In this document: piece by piece, positions 44,816 to 53,685 of the stretch
How the letters are laid out: each line of letters opens with the position of its first letter
Position numbering within the stretch: position 1 is the first letter of the stretch
NCBI GenBank assembly: GCA_019116165.1
Contig: DXCE01000064.1
Location: 2,943 to 66,942, forward strand
Direction: 5' to 3'
Source of the DNA: Candidatus Eubacterium faecavium
GTDB taxonomy: Bacteria > Bacillota > Clostridia > Oscillospirales > Acutalibacteraceae
Length of the DNA stretch: 64,000 nt
Position numbers and translations under genes: made by a program
The notes under the pieces: generated by a model
Seen by the model: only the letters and a program-made list of their open reading frames with translations
Told to the model about the DNA's origin: nothing
The model's database searches: none

Positions 44816-45845
44816 ACTCCGCGCCTCCTTTTTGGAGAAATTTTTTTACTGTGTTCATTATATATTCAGCTCTGGGCAGAACTGTGGAATAATCAATTCT
44901 GGTAGAGCCTATAATGCATAAGATAGCCGACTGGCTGTTATTATATATCGTTTTAGAGATCAGAGTGACTGTGTTTTTCAGCATTGGATGGGGGTTCTCA
45001 TCGCCGATCATAAGCTGCATCTCACGGCCTGTTTTCGCAAACTGCTCGAGAGCCGCTTTCACCTGTTTTCTGGAGGCAAGGAAAGAAAGGATCCTGTAAA
45101 CTTCGTTTCCCAGCTCTTCGTGGGCAAGCAGGTTCGTTTCGCCCTCAAACACAAGAGAACCTTCGGCAGCTTCAGCGCAAAGCGAGCAAAGACTGGTGAG
45201 CACGGGGAGCATGTCAAACACCCTTGCGCCCAGAACCGGCACTGTGTTTTGCAGCAGCGCAAGATTTACATCCTTAAGCGGAGTTCCTATAAAAAACTCA
45301 GACATAATATAGTAAAAAAGAGATTTAAAATCATCATCCGCCGGGCAGCTCAGCCTGCATACCGATGATTTTATCTTGCCGCCGACCGAGAGCATAACGA
45401 TCATGGCTTTATTATTCCCCGCAGGAATAAGTTCAACGCCCTGTATACAGTCAAGATCATCGCGCACGGTGTTATACATTGCCGCGCAGCCCGTTTCCTG
45501 CTGCAAAAGCGTTACAGCGTCATGCAAAAGGCGTTCGGGATCGCCGGAATTGACGGAGAGCGCCTCATTTATATGCTCTTTTTCATAAGGCTGCGGCATT
45601 TTCGGGATCATAAGATTATCAACATAATATCTGTATGAAGCCTTGCTCGGCACACGTCCTCCGCTTGTGTGCATCTGCTCAAGCAGACCGAGTTCCGAAA
45701 GATATGCCATTTCATTTCTAATGGTGGCACTGGAGATTTTATAAGGCAACAGCCCGGCAAGCGTTTTTGAACCGATCGGCTCGCCTGTTTTTATATAGCT
45801 GTCTATAATCAGCGCAAGTATTGCCGCCTGTCTTTCGCCTATCAT
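44808..45845 (-). CDS. hrcA: heat-inducible transcription repressor HrcA
   Basis: ERQ..IL..I...Y...GEPIGSKTL N-terminal wHTH. First gene of the dnaK operon, with CIRCE upstream. Confidence 0.9.
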   Translation of the reverse strand: MIGERQAAILALIIDSYIKTGEPIGSKTLAGLLPYKISSATIRNEMAYLSELGLLEQMHTSGGRVPSKASYRYYVDNLMIPKMPQPYEKEHINEALSVNSGDPERLLHDAVTLLQQETGCAAMYNTVRDDLDCIQGVELIPAGNNKAMIVMLSVGGKIKSSVCRLSCPADDDFKSLFYYIMSEFFIGTPLKDVNLALLQNTVPVLGARVFDMLPVLTSLCSLCAEAAEGSLVFEGETNLLAHEELGNEVYRILSFLASRKQVKAALEQFAKTGREMQLMIGDENPHPMLKNTVTLISKTIYNNSQSAILCIIGSTRIDYSTVLPRAEYIMNTVKKFLQKGGAEFE

Positions 45846-45869
45846 CCTTCCCACCGTCCTTTTTGTCCG

Positions 45870-45896
45870 TTAGCACTCTAAGGCTTTGAGTGCTAA
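45870..45896. promoter_or_regulatory. CIRCE operator (TTAGCACTC-N9-GAGTGCTAA)
   Basis: Perfect match to the CIRCE consensus, 25 nt upstream of the hrcA start. Confidence 0.9.
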
Positions 45897-45907
45897 CTAC
45901 ATTTCTT

Positions 45908-45936
45908 ATATTATATCCATTTTTTTCTTTTGTCAA
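45908..45936 (-). promoter_or_regulatory. sigma-A promoter for hrcA operon (TTGACA-17-TAATAT)
   Basis: Consensus -35 on the minus strand. The -10 lies just upstream of CIRCE. Confidence 0.5.
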
Positions 45937-45976
45937 CACTTTTTTTGAAAATAAATTATGAATAACACTTTTTCTC

Positions 45977-46005
45977 ATAAAAAATCCCCGCTTGCAGCGG
46001 GGATT
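45977..46005 (-). terminator. rho-independent terminator
   Basis: AATCCCCGC-ttgca-GCGGGGATT followed by T6 on the minus strand. Confidence 0.7.
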
Positions 46006-46027
46006 CTTTGCATGAAATATGAATAAC

Positions 46028-46555
46028 TTACTGTTTTTTATTTTTCGCCGCTCTTCTCTGCTCCCTAAGTCCGGCAGCGTAAGCTTCTTTTTCCTGCTTT
46101 TCGCGTCTCGCGGCTTCTTCTCTTTCAAGTCTTGCAGCTTCTGCTCTTTTTTTCGAGTCCTCATAGCGGTCTCGTATCTCCTCATAATGGCGGTAGTTTT
46201 CCTGCTGCACAAGAAGTTTTTTGGCGTCAAGATAAGGTTTTGCTGCGCGGTTATAGCGGGAATATTCATTGTTTATTTCTTTAAGCTGTTTTGAAAGAGC
46301 GCTCTTTTCGGCACGGATACTTTTAAGTTCCGCACGGCATCTCTCTGTCTGCAACTTATTCTTTGTTTTACGAGCTTCACGCAAGCGTTCAACTGCAGCA
46401 GTGCGTTGTTCATCAAGTTCATCTTCTCTTCTGAACGCACGGTTAAACTTATCCATGTCAAATTCTTTTATACCGTCAGGATAATATTTGGCAAACCTCT
46501 TTCTGGCAGAAGCTTCGTCCCTTGCCTGTTCTATTAGGTATCGAAAAACAATCAT
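46028..46555 (-). CDS. hypothetical protein, highly charged with predicted coiled coil
   Basis: 175-aa K/E/R-rich ORF that ends just before a terminator. No recognisable SD at the annotated ATG. No family recognised. Confidence 0.4.
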   Translation of the reverse strand: MIVFRYLIEQARDEASARKRFAKYYPDGIKEFDMDKFNRAFRREDELDEQRTAAVERLREARKTKNKLQTERCRAELKSIRAEKSALSKQLKEINNEYSRYNRAAKPYLDAKKLLVQQENYRHYEEIRDRYEDSKKRAEAARLEREEAARREKQEKEAYAAGLREQRRAAKNKKQ

Positions 46556-46606
46556 ATAATTTAGAAAACTTGCTGAATTATATGAAACAACATCACACTT
46601 TTACAA

Positions 46607-46633
46607 ATAAAAAAGCCGCTCCTAAGAGCGGTC
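46607..46633 (-). terminator. rho-independent terminator after the CHAP gene
   Basis: CCGCTC-ctaa-GAGCGG with T6 on the minus strand. Confidence 0.55.
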
Positions 46634-46644
46634 CTGTCTTAACA

Positions 46645-47349
46645 TCATTCCATTTCAAGCACATTTTTCAGCATAACACTGTTTATAAGAACACCTTTAT
46701 CTTTTTCCGGCAACAGTTCTACAGCGGGAAAATCTATGGTTTTCTTTTCCGCCGGAGCAATGCTGCTCATATTCTCTGTTTTTTCACCAAGGCGCTGCTT
46801 CACCTTTTCGGCTTCTTGCTGCGCTTTCAGTTTTTCAAGCTCTTCAAAATAATCGTCGCTTGCGTAAATATAGCCGTAAAATTTCTGACCGAAGCGGTTC
46901 GTGCCGCTTTCAAACGTTGTCGTGTCAAAATAAGCTCCGCCCCAGTGTGACTGTGAAGCGGTTACAGTATTTCCGTCTATTTTTTCAACAACGGCAACAT
47001 GATTGCTCCAACAGGCGATCGCGCCTATATGGGGTTCCTGTCCGTATTCGTAGTATCCGTTTCTTTTGTTGATACTCCACCATTCATTGGCACTCCCTCT
47101 TGTTATAAGAGGCTTCTCGCCGGTTATCTCATACACTCTGCCAAACGCATATGCCACACAGTTCGGCATACCGTAGCCCGTTTGCGAATAGACATTAAGC
47201 TCCCTGTTATAATAGGCATTTGAACGCTGCGGGGCAGTGAGACGCGGTTTAAACTGAAGGGACTGTGCGCTTGCCGTTACCGGAAACGCCGTGAAGAGCA
47301 ATACAAGTGTAACCAGCACAAGCAAAAGCGATTTTATAAAAGATTTCAT
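46645..47349 (-). CDS. secreted CHAP-domain peptidoglycan hydrolase
   Basis: Signal peptide MKSFIKSLLLVLVTLVLLFTAFPVTASA. CHAP Cys block GMPNCVAYAFGR and His block GAIACWSNHVAVVE. A GGAGG SD precedes the ATG at 47349. Confidence 0.85.
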   Translation of the reverse strand: MKSFIKSLLLVLVTLVLLFTAFPVTASAQSLQFKPRLTAPQRSNAYYNRELNVYSQTGYGMPNCVAYAFGRVYEITGEKPLITRGSANEWWSINKRNGYYEYGQEPHIGAIACWSNHVAVVEKIDGNTVTASQSHWGGAYFDTTTFESGTNRFGQKFYGYIYASDDYFEELEKLKAQQEAEKVKQRLGEKTENMSSIAPAEKKTIDFPAVELLPEKDKGVLINSVMLKNVLEME

Positions 47350-47457
47350 TTCAACCTCCGTGAAAGCCGGGGATAACACCCCTTTCAAAATACAATACGC
47401 TTTTGTTAAGGCGGATTTGTATTCGCGCTTTCTGTTCTGTCATCATACAAATAGAAT

Positions 47458-47474
47458 TGTAACATATTTGTAAC
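47458..47474 (+). promoter_or_regulatory. WalR-type box 1: TGTAAC-N5-TGTAAC
   Basis: Exact match to the published WalR/YycF consensus TGT(A/T)A(A/T/C)-N5-TGT(A/T)A(A/T/C), about 110 bp upstream of the CHAP gene start. Confidence 0.5.
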
Positions 47475-47507
47475 TTTTTAATCTATGTGAAATTTTGACA
47501 AGCGTTT

Positions 47508-47524
47508 TGTAACCATTTTGTAAT
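47508..47524 (+). promoter_or_regulatory. WalR-type box 2: TGTAAC-N5-TGTAAT
   Basis: Second exact consensus match, 50 bp from box 1 and in the same orientation. Confidence 0.5.
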
Positions 47525-47720
47525 AGTTATGCACTTTTTACAAAATTTTATTAAAAGTCTTGACAATTATTTTTACATTTTTTTATTTATGTAAAATTCA
47601 ATTCATGATACTTACCTATATTTTACAAATATTTAGTTAAAATTTTATTTTCTCCGTAAATCATAACAAAAATAATTGCAGGAATAATAATATTGAAACC
47701 GAAAAGAAAGGAAGATCAAA

Positions 47721-47888
47721 ATGCCTGATATATTTAATTTAACAGATGAAATGAGCAGCTATTTTCATTCTCTGCCCAAGAGTATTCAATCCGCGCTTGT
47801 ATACAGCGGCGCGAAAGTGAACAGCCTGGCGGATCTTAAACAGCTTGTAAACGGGTTCGGAGGAACAAATGCAGCCGAAGAAAAATAA
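47721..47888 (+). CDS. 55-aa hypothetical protein (not in the ORF track)
   Basis: An AAAGGAAG SD lies 7 nt upstream of the ATG. Translation: MPDIFNLTDEMSSYFHSLPKSIQSALVYSGAKVNSLADLKQLVNGFGGTNAAEEK. Confidence 0.45.
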   Translation: MPDIFNLTDEMSSYFHSLPKSIQSALVYSGAKVNSLADLKQLVNGFGGTNAAEEK

Positions 47889-48078
47889 AGCGGTTCTTTC
47901 ACCACATGGCTCGTACAAAAAGAAATACCGTTTGAATCCCCGGATCACGAACAGGTATTGTGTCAGTATGAGCAACCCCACTGTTCAGCCCGATGAACGC
48001 ACTGAGATGGGAATTCCCATTCCGAGCACTGAAAATGTGGAATATTCAAAAGAATATCAAGAGGAAAACAAGTTGTAA
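47869..48078 (+). CDS. 69-aa hypothetical protein
   Basis: A GGAGGA SD lies 5 nt upstream of the ATG. The gene overlaps the preceding small ORF by 20 nt and is followed by a terminator. Confidence 0.45.
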   Translation: MQPKKNKAVLSPHGSYKKKYRLNPRITNRYCVSMSNPTVQPDERTEMGIPIPSTENVEYSKEYQEENKL

Positions 48079-48091
48079 GAGCCACAAAAAA

Positions 48092-48115
48092 AAGACGGCA
48101 GTTTAGTGCCGTCTT
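48092..48115. terminator. bidirectional terminator
   Basis: AAGACGGCA-gtttag-TGCCGTCTT, flanked by A8 and T5 runs. Confidence 0.75.
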
Positions 48116-48144
48116 TTTAATATTATTATTTTATACATTATATA

Positions 48145-48984
48145 TTACAGATGGAAGATGAGATCGTCACTCTTCTTATTAAAGATCAGAATTCCTATAA
48201 GAAGCGTTCCGAAAGCCCAAGCAAGCGCATAAAGCAGAAGCTTCCAGCTCATAGGCTGGCAGTAAAGCACACATTGCCTGAACAGCTCCAGCATAGAGTA
48301 AAGCGGATTGATCTTAATTACAATCTGTATCCATGGCGTTGTAATCTGCTGAAGGGGATAAATAATAGGAATGCAATAAAACAGCAGCGTGCAAAAAACA
48401 TCCCAGATATATTCTACATCTCTGAAATAGACCTGCAAAACAGAAAGGATGAGTCCCACACCGACTACAAACACCAGCAATATCGCCATTGGGATAAAGA
48501 ATAAAAGCGCATATCCGTTAATCGTCAGTCCGCTTCCGCCCTGGATCCCCGTTGCTTTAAAAAAGATCCAGACGCATACATAACATAAAATAGAGATTGC
48601 AAAGGTTACGAAATTGGAAAGAATACCCGAAACGGGATACATATATTTCGGAACATAAACTTTTTTTATAATCGGCGCATTACTTCTGAAAGAAGTCAGC
48701 GCGCGCTTCGTGGACGAAGTGAAAAATTCAAACAGCAGTCTGCCGGTAAAAAGATAAACGGGATAACAAACTATAAACTTCCTGTCTGAACCGAAAATAT
48801 TTCCGAAAACAACGGAAAGAACGATCATATTAAGAAGAGGCTGAAGAAAGCTCCAAAAAACGCCGAGCCAGGAATCCCTGTATTTCAGTTTTACATTTTT
48901 TCGCGTAAGCTCACTCAACAGATTTCGGTATTTTTTGAACATTTTAACAAAATGCTCAAAACCTTCTTTTTTTAATATATCCAT
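48145..48984 (-). CDS. ABC-2 type polysaccharide/teichoic-acid export permease (Wzm/TagG-like)
   Basis: N-terminal block YRNLLSELTRKNVKLKYRDSWLGVFWSFLQPLL plus six TM helices. No ATPase partner is adjacent. Confidence 0.8.
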   Translation of the reverse strand: MDILKKEGFEHFVKMFKKYRNLLSELTRKNVKLKYRDSWLGVFWSFLQPLLNMIVLSVVFGNIFGSDRKFIVCYPVYLFTGRLLFEFFTSSTKRALTSFRSNAPIIKKVYVPKYMYPVSGILSNFVTFAISILCYVCVWIFFKATGIQGGSGLTINGYALLFFIPMAILLVFVVGVGLILSVLQVYFRDVEYIWDVFCTLLFYCIPIIYPLQQITTPWIQIVIKINPLYSMLELFRQCVLYCQPMSWKLLLYALAWAFGTLLIGILIFNKKSDDLIFHL

Positions 48985-49031
48985 TATTTAACGCTCCAAA
49001 AAAACTAAAAACTGTGATTTAAAACGCAGTC

Positions 49032-49060
49032 ATTATAGCACACGGATATTGATTTGTAAA
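49032..49060 (-). promoter_or_regulatory. sigma-A promoter (TTTACA-17-TATAAT) for the Wzm-like gene
   Basis: Hexamers read on the minus strand with an exact 17-nt spacer. Confidence 0.55.
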
Positions 49061-49072
49061 TAATAGTAACAA

Positions 49073-49561
49073 TTATTTAACCAATTTCAGAATTTGTAAC
49101 GAAATGTTTCTCACACTCTGATCGCCGTCAACAATATGATCGGCAGCATCGATATAGAGACTGCGGCGCTCGAAAAAAAGCTTCCGCGCGCTTTCCTTGT
49201 TCCGAAACAAAGGTCTGTTTGAAGGATTGCCTATTCTTTCGCAGATCACATCAAAAGGCGTGTCAATAAACACGATAACTGCGCTTTGTTTTAACGCTTC
49301 AACATTTCTTTTAAAAGTCATTGCTCCGCCGCCGGTGGAGATCACGCAATTTTTTCTTTGCGCTATGCCGCGGCAGACCTCATATTCCAGATCTCTGAAA
49401 TGCTTTTCTCCATATTTTTCAAAGATTTCACTGACCGGAATACCCTGTCGGCTTTCAACCAATTCGTCTGTATCAACAAATTCCATACCGGCCATTTTTG
49501 AAAGCTGCCTGCCGACAGCGGTTTTCCCCGCGCCCATAAAACCACACAAAGCTATATTCAT
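49073..49561 (-). CDS. aroK: shikimate kinase
   Basis: P-loop GFMGAGKT, and DTD...E motifs. Confidence 0.9.
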   Translation of the reverse strand: MNIALCGFMGAGKTAVGRQLSKMAGMEFVDTDELVESRQGIPVSEIFEKYGEKHFRDLEYEVCRGIAQRKNCVISTGGGAMTFKRNVEALKQSAVIVFIDTPFDVICERIGNPSNRPLFRNKESARKLFFERRSLYIDAADHIVDGDQSVRNISLQILKLVK

Positions 49562-50388
49562 TTATTTAACAGCTCCTTTTCGGTAAGCCCGATGACTTGA
49601 TCAATATCGGATTCCGAGAATTCGGCGCCTGTCCATATCTCCTGCGCAACAGCCGCCTGCCAAACAAGCATGGAAATGCCGTTTGAACATTTTATTCCCG
49701 CTTCGTTTGCAAATCTAAGCAAAAGCGTTTCTGCCGGATTATAGATAACATCATAAACCGCGCCTGCACTCTGAACGATCTTTTTATCAAGCACACATGC
49801 ATTGGTATTGGGATACATTCCTACGCAAGTGCCGTTAACGATAAGATCATACCCTTCGGAAATCTGCTGATATTCTTTAATCTCAATGCTTTTCCCAAGC
49901 TTTTCCGTTATTTCCGCTCTGATCTTCTCAGCTTTTTCACGCCCGGAGGGACGTACGGCAACGGTAAGCCTGCATCCGGCGAGCACCGCCTCGAACGCAA
50001 TCATTCTTGAAACACCGCCGGCGCCGCAGAGCAGCACATCGCCTGAAAGCGGAATATTCGCCCCTTTCAGAGCGCGCAGGAAACCCTCGCAGTCGGTATT
50101 ATAGCCTATACTTTTACCGTTCTCTGTTTTCACTGTGTTTACAGCTCCGAAAAGCTCTGCTTTCTCATGCAGCACATCCAGATATGGAATAATATTTATT
50201 TTATGCGGAATAGTAACATTAAATCCGTTAAGAGTCATAAGCCGCGGCATCTTGTCTTGCAGCTCCTCTGCCGGAATCTCCTCAAGCTCATACGAAGCCT
50301 GCGTATTTGATGCAGCGAAAAGCTGCCTGTGAATAAACGGAGAAAGTGAATGACCGAGCGGATAACCCAACAATCCGAATTTTTTCAT
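49558..50388 (-). CDS. aroE: shikimate dehydrogenase
   Basis: GLLGYPLGHSLSP start, NVTIPHK, GAVNT and NTD. I prefer the ATG at 50388 (AGAGG SD). Confidence 0.9.
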   Translation of the reverse strand: MKKFGLLGYPLGHSLSPFIHRQLFAASNTQASYELEEIPAEELQDKMPRLMTLNGFNVTIPHKINIIPYLDVLHEKAELFGAVNTVKTENGKSIGYNTDCEGFLRALKGANIPLSGDVLLCGAGGVSRMIAFEAVLAGCRLTVAVRPSGREKAEKIRAEITEKLGKSIEIKEYQQISEGYDLIVNGTCVGMYPNTNACVLDKKIVQSAGAVYDVIYNPAETLLLRFANEAGIKCSNGISMLVWQAAVAQEIWTGAEFSESDIDQVIGLTEKELLNK

Positions 50389-50526
50389 AATGACCTCTTT
50401 ATAATGAAAACAACGCGGGCAAAAAAATACGCCGCGCAAAGTATTGACAATATTGGATAAATCTTATAATATGATAATAACACAAACGACTTATTTTAAC
50501 AACTGTAATTTTGGGAGTGATTCTTT

Positions 50527-50754
50527 ATGGTATTTGAGAAAATAGTTCAGATTCTTGCGGAGCAGTTAAGTATTGATCCCGATAAAATAACCATGGACAG
50601 TCTGCTTGAAGAAGATCTTGACGCAGACAGTCTTGACGCGATTGACATTGTTATGAGCATAGAGGACGAATTTCAGATTGAAGTTCCCGATGAAGTGATC
50701 GCGAATATGAAATCCGTGGGTGACATTGTGAACTTTGTGGAAAACAACCAATAA
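50527..50754 (+). CDS. acpP: acyl carrier protein
   Basis: 75 aa with the LDADSLD phosphopantetheine-attachment motif. Monocistronic and not next to fab genes. Confidence 0.9.
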   Translation: MVFEKIVQILAEQLSIDPDKITMDSLLEEDLDADSLDAIDIVMSIEDEFQIEVPDEVIANMKSVGDIVNFVENNQ

Positions 50755-50815
50755 ATTCGTTTCTAATAGTTTACAAAGTATTAAATTGACATAAAAGGAA
50801 TAAAATATTAAAATA

Positions 50816-50846
50816 AGAGTAAGTATTATAATACTTGCTCTTTTTT
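50816..50846 (+). terminator. rho-independent terminator after acpP
   Basis: AGAGTAAGTATT / AATACTTGCTCT stem followed by T6. Confidence 0.6.
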
Positions 50847-50973
50847 GTATATATCCGTCGCATGAAAAGCGGTATTTACACCGTTGTTTTGCGTCACGGC
50901 AGGATTCCGCAAGGCTGCTGCGGAAAAGCCGTCAGCTTTCACCACAAATCGCAGCCGGAAAGGCTTTATTATT

Positions 50974-52476
50974 ATGGGTAAAAAATATGTGATGGCGCTC
51001 GATCAGGGCACGACCAGCTCCCGCGTCATAATCTTTAATAAAAAGGGAGAAGCGGTTGCAAAGGCACAAAAGGAATTCAGGCAGTATTATCCGCAAAACG
51101 GCTGGGTTGAACACGATCCAAACGAGATTCTGTTTTCAGAATTGGAAGCCATAATCGAGGTGCTCAGAGCAGGAAAAGTCGATCCCGCCGAAATTGCCGC
51201 CATAGGCATAACGAACCAGCGCGAGACCACGATCGTGTGGGATAAGGAAACAGGAAAGCCCGTTTATAACGCCATCGTGTGGCAGTGCCGCCGCACGGCA
51301 GCATATTGCGAGGAACTGAAGGAACAAGGGCTTGGAGACTACATAAAAAGCACCACAGGTCTGCTGATTGACGCCTATTTTTCGGGCACAAAAATTAAAT
51401 GGATACTGGATAATGTTGAAGGCGCGCGTGAAAAAGCGGAGCGCGGCGAGCTTCTTTTCGGTACCGTGGACACCTGGCTGATCTGGAATCTGACAGCCGG
51501 TAAGGTTCATGTTACCGACTATTCCAACGCCTGCCGCACGATGCTTTTTGATATAGACAAACTGCAGTGGGATCCTTATCTCTGTGAAAAGCTCGGTATA
51601 CCGATGAGTATGCTGCCGGAGGTGAAGCCGTCAAGCTGCATATACGGCGAATGTGTTAAATTCCCCGGAATGGATCAGATTGCAGGCATACCGATCGCAA
51701 GCGCGATCGGCGACCAGCCGGGCGCGCTTTTCGGGCAGGGCTGCTTTGAGGCCGGTCAGGCTAAAAACACCTACGGCACAGGCTGCTTTTTGCTGATGAA
51801 CACCGGCGAAAAGCGCATAGATTCACGTTCAAACCTGCTGACCGGCGTTGCCTGGGGTTTAGACGGCAAGATCACATATGACCTTGAAGGCTCGGCATTC
51901 AATGCAGGCTCGGTGATCAAATGGCTCCGAGATGAGATTGAACTTATAAAAAGCGCACACGAATGCGATATACTGGCTGAAGAAGTTGAAGATTCAAACG
52001 GTCTCTATTTTGTTCCGGCATTTACCGGGCTTGGAGCACCGTACTGGGATATGTACGCGCGCGGCTGTATGATAGGACTTACACGCAGTGTAAATAAAAA
52101 GCACATTTGCCGCGCCGTTCTGGAAAGCATCACCTACCAGATGACCGATCTGCTTGAAGCCATGATGCGTGACAGCGGAATTCTGTTGAAAGATCTGAGA
52201 GTGGACGGCGGCGCGTCCGTTTCAAATATTATGATGCAGATTCAGGCAGACATGACGGGAGTCAACGTCAACCGCCCCGTTAACAAAGAGGCAACGGCGC
52301 TCGGCGCCGCTTATCTTGCCGGACTTGCTACCGGCGTTTGGGAGAGCACGGAGGAGATTGAAAGCAACAGACAGGTGGATAAAATATTTATTCCCTCTAT
52401 GGAAACGGAAAAGAGAAATAAACTCTATACGAACTGGAAAAGAGCGGTTGAACGTTCAAGAAACTGGGAAAGATAA
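50974..52476 (+). CDS. glpK: glycerol kinase
   Basis: [21 protein letters not shown] and ITNQRETT blocks. I prefer the ATG at 50974 to the upstream TTG extension. Confidence 0.92.
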   Translation: MGKKYVMALDQGTTSSRVIIFNKKGEAVAKAQKEFRQYYPQNGWVEHDPNEILFSELEAIIEVLRAGKVDPAEIAAIGITNQRETTIVWDKETGKPVYNAIVWQCRRTAAYCEELKEQGLGDYIKSTTGLLIDAYFSGTKIKWILDNVEGAREKAERGELLFGTVDTWLIWNLTAGKVHVTDYSNACRTMLFDIDKLQWDPYLCEKLGIPMSMLPEVKPSSCIYGECVKFPGMDQIAGIPIASAIGDQPGALFGQGCFEAGQAKNTYGTGCFLLMNTGEKRIDSRSNLLTGVAWGLDGKITYDLEGSAFNAGSVIKWLRDEIELIKSAHECDILAEEVEDSNGLYFVPAFTGLGAPYWDMYARGCMIGLTRSVNKKHICRAVLESITYQMTDLLEAMMRDSGILLKDLRVDGGASVSNIMMQIQADMTGVNVNRPVNKEATALGAAYLAGLATGVWESTEEIESNRQVDKIFIPSMETEKRNKLYTNWKRAVERSRNWER

Positions 52477-52506
52477 ATACATAAAACCATTTAAAGGAGA
52501 AAGACT

Positions 52507-53664
52507 ATGGCAAAAGTTATCTGCCCCTGGGCATTAATAACCGATTTCATAACAGACGCATTCAAGGGCTACGGTGTACCTGAAAAGGACGCCGAGATCT
52601 GCGCCGACGTGCTGCTTGAATCAGACAAAAGAGGCATAGAGAGCCACGGCTGCAACCGATTTAAACCCATTTACATTGACAGGATCAACGCAGGAATACA
52701 GAATCCTGTTACGGAATTCGAGATCTTAAGAGAAACCCCCACTACCGCCGTGATAGACGGTCATGACGGCATGGGGCAGGTCATCGGCGTAAAAGCCATG
52801 AACATGGCGATTGAAAAGGCGAAAAAATACGGAATGGGAATGACGGCTGTAAGAAACAGCTGCCATTACGGCATAGCGGGATACTACGCCACCATGGCAA
52901 CCGAGCAGGGCATGATTGGAATGACGGGTACGAACGCCCGACCCTCCATAGCCCCCACGCATGGTGTGGAAAATATGCTGGGTACAAATCCCTTTACGAT
53001 AGGCATGCCGACCGATGAAAAGTTCCCCTTTGTGTTTGACGCCGCTACCTCAATAATCCAGCGCGGCAGAATAGAATATTACGCAAGAATAGGCAAGGAC
53101 TGCCCTGCCGGAACGGTGATCGGCAGAGACGGCAGCGCGCTCACAAACAGCGAGGAAATCTTGACCCGGCTCAACACGCACGAGGCGGCGCTTGCTCCCC
53201 TTGGCGGAATAGGCGAAGAACTCGGCGGCTACAAGGGTTACGACTTTGCCACCGCGGTTGAACTGCTTTCGGCCGCGCTTCAGCAGGGGCAGTTTTTATC
53301 CGCACTTTCCGGCATAGGCGAAAACGGCGAAAAGAAAAAATACCATCTCGGTCACTGGTTTATTGCGATAGACACCGAGGCGTTTTTAGGGCTTGACTCC
53401 TTTAAAAAGACCGCCGGCGATATTCTGCGCGAATTAAGAGCAAGTAAAAAGGCTCCCGGTGAAAAAAGGATTTACACGGCAGGCGAAAAGGAATATGATA
53501 TATGGAAGGAGAGAGAGCACAGCGGCGTGCCTATCAACGATGCGGTTCAGAAAGAGCTTTGCGATGTGCGCGACGAATTGGGGCTTTCCTATGTTTTCCC
53601 TTGGGAGGAGGGCTACGCGCCTTATCCCGAAAGGGAAACGACTTCCCATATTGAAAATAAATAA
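52507..53664 (+). CDS. Ldh_2 family (malate/L-lactate/ureidoglycolate-type) oxidoreductase
   Basis: LLESDKRGIESHGCNRF and NSCHYGIAGYY blocks typical of the Ldh_2 family. AAAGGAG SD. Confidence 0.8.
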   Translation: MAKVICPWALITDFITDAFKGYGVPEKDAEICADVLLESDKRGIESHGCNRFKPIYIDRINAGIQNPVTEFEILRETPTTAVIDGHDGMGQVIGVKAMNMAIEKAKKYGMGMTAVRNSCHYGIAGYYATMATEQGMIGMTGTNARPSIAPTHGVENMLGTNPFTIGMPTDEKFPFVFDAATSIIQRGRIEYYARIGKDCPAGTVIGRDGSALTNSEEILTRLNTHEAALAPLGGIGEELGGYKGYDFATAVELLSAALQQGQFLSALSGIGENGEKKKYHLGHWFIAIDTEAFLGLDSFKKTAGDILRELRASKKAPGEKRIYTAGEKEYDIWKEREHSGVPINDAVQKELCDVRDELGLSYVFPWEEGYAPYPERETTSHIENK

Positions 53665-53685
53665 GGATGAAAGAGGACAAGGACA

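Noticed and set aside
45739-46269. 176-aa minus-strand ORF overlapping the hrcA start, CIRCE, the promoter and a terminator
   Set aside because: It runs straight through the regulatory elements and the 45977-46005 terminator, and it overlaps the alternative-frame 46028-46555 ORF. It is a lysine-rich translation of AT-rich spacer.
47389-47720. Repeat-dense AT-rich spacer considered as a CRISPR-like or mobile-element remnant
   Set aside because: The repeats are 6-7 bp TGTAA/TTACA half-sites, not 25-40-bp repeats with unique spacers. There are no terminal inverted repeats and no transposase. They are better explained as regulator binding sites.
50884-50973. 30-codon N-terminal extension of glpK, and possible GlpP-type antiterminator structure in the leader
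   Set aside because: The extension has no SD, and GlpK homologues begin at [12 protein letters not shown] stem (ACGGCAGGATTCCGCA...TGCGGAAAAGCCGT) is present, but no U-tract terminator follows it, so I cannot support an attenuator call.
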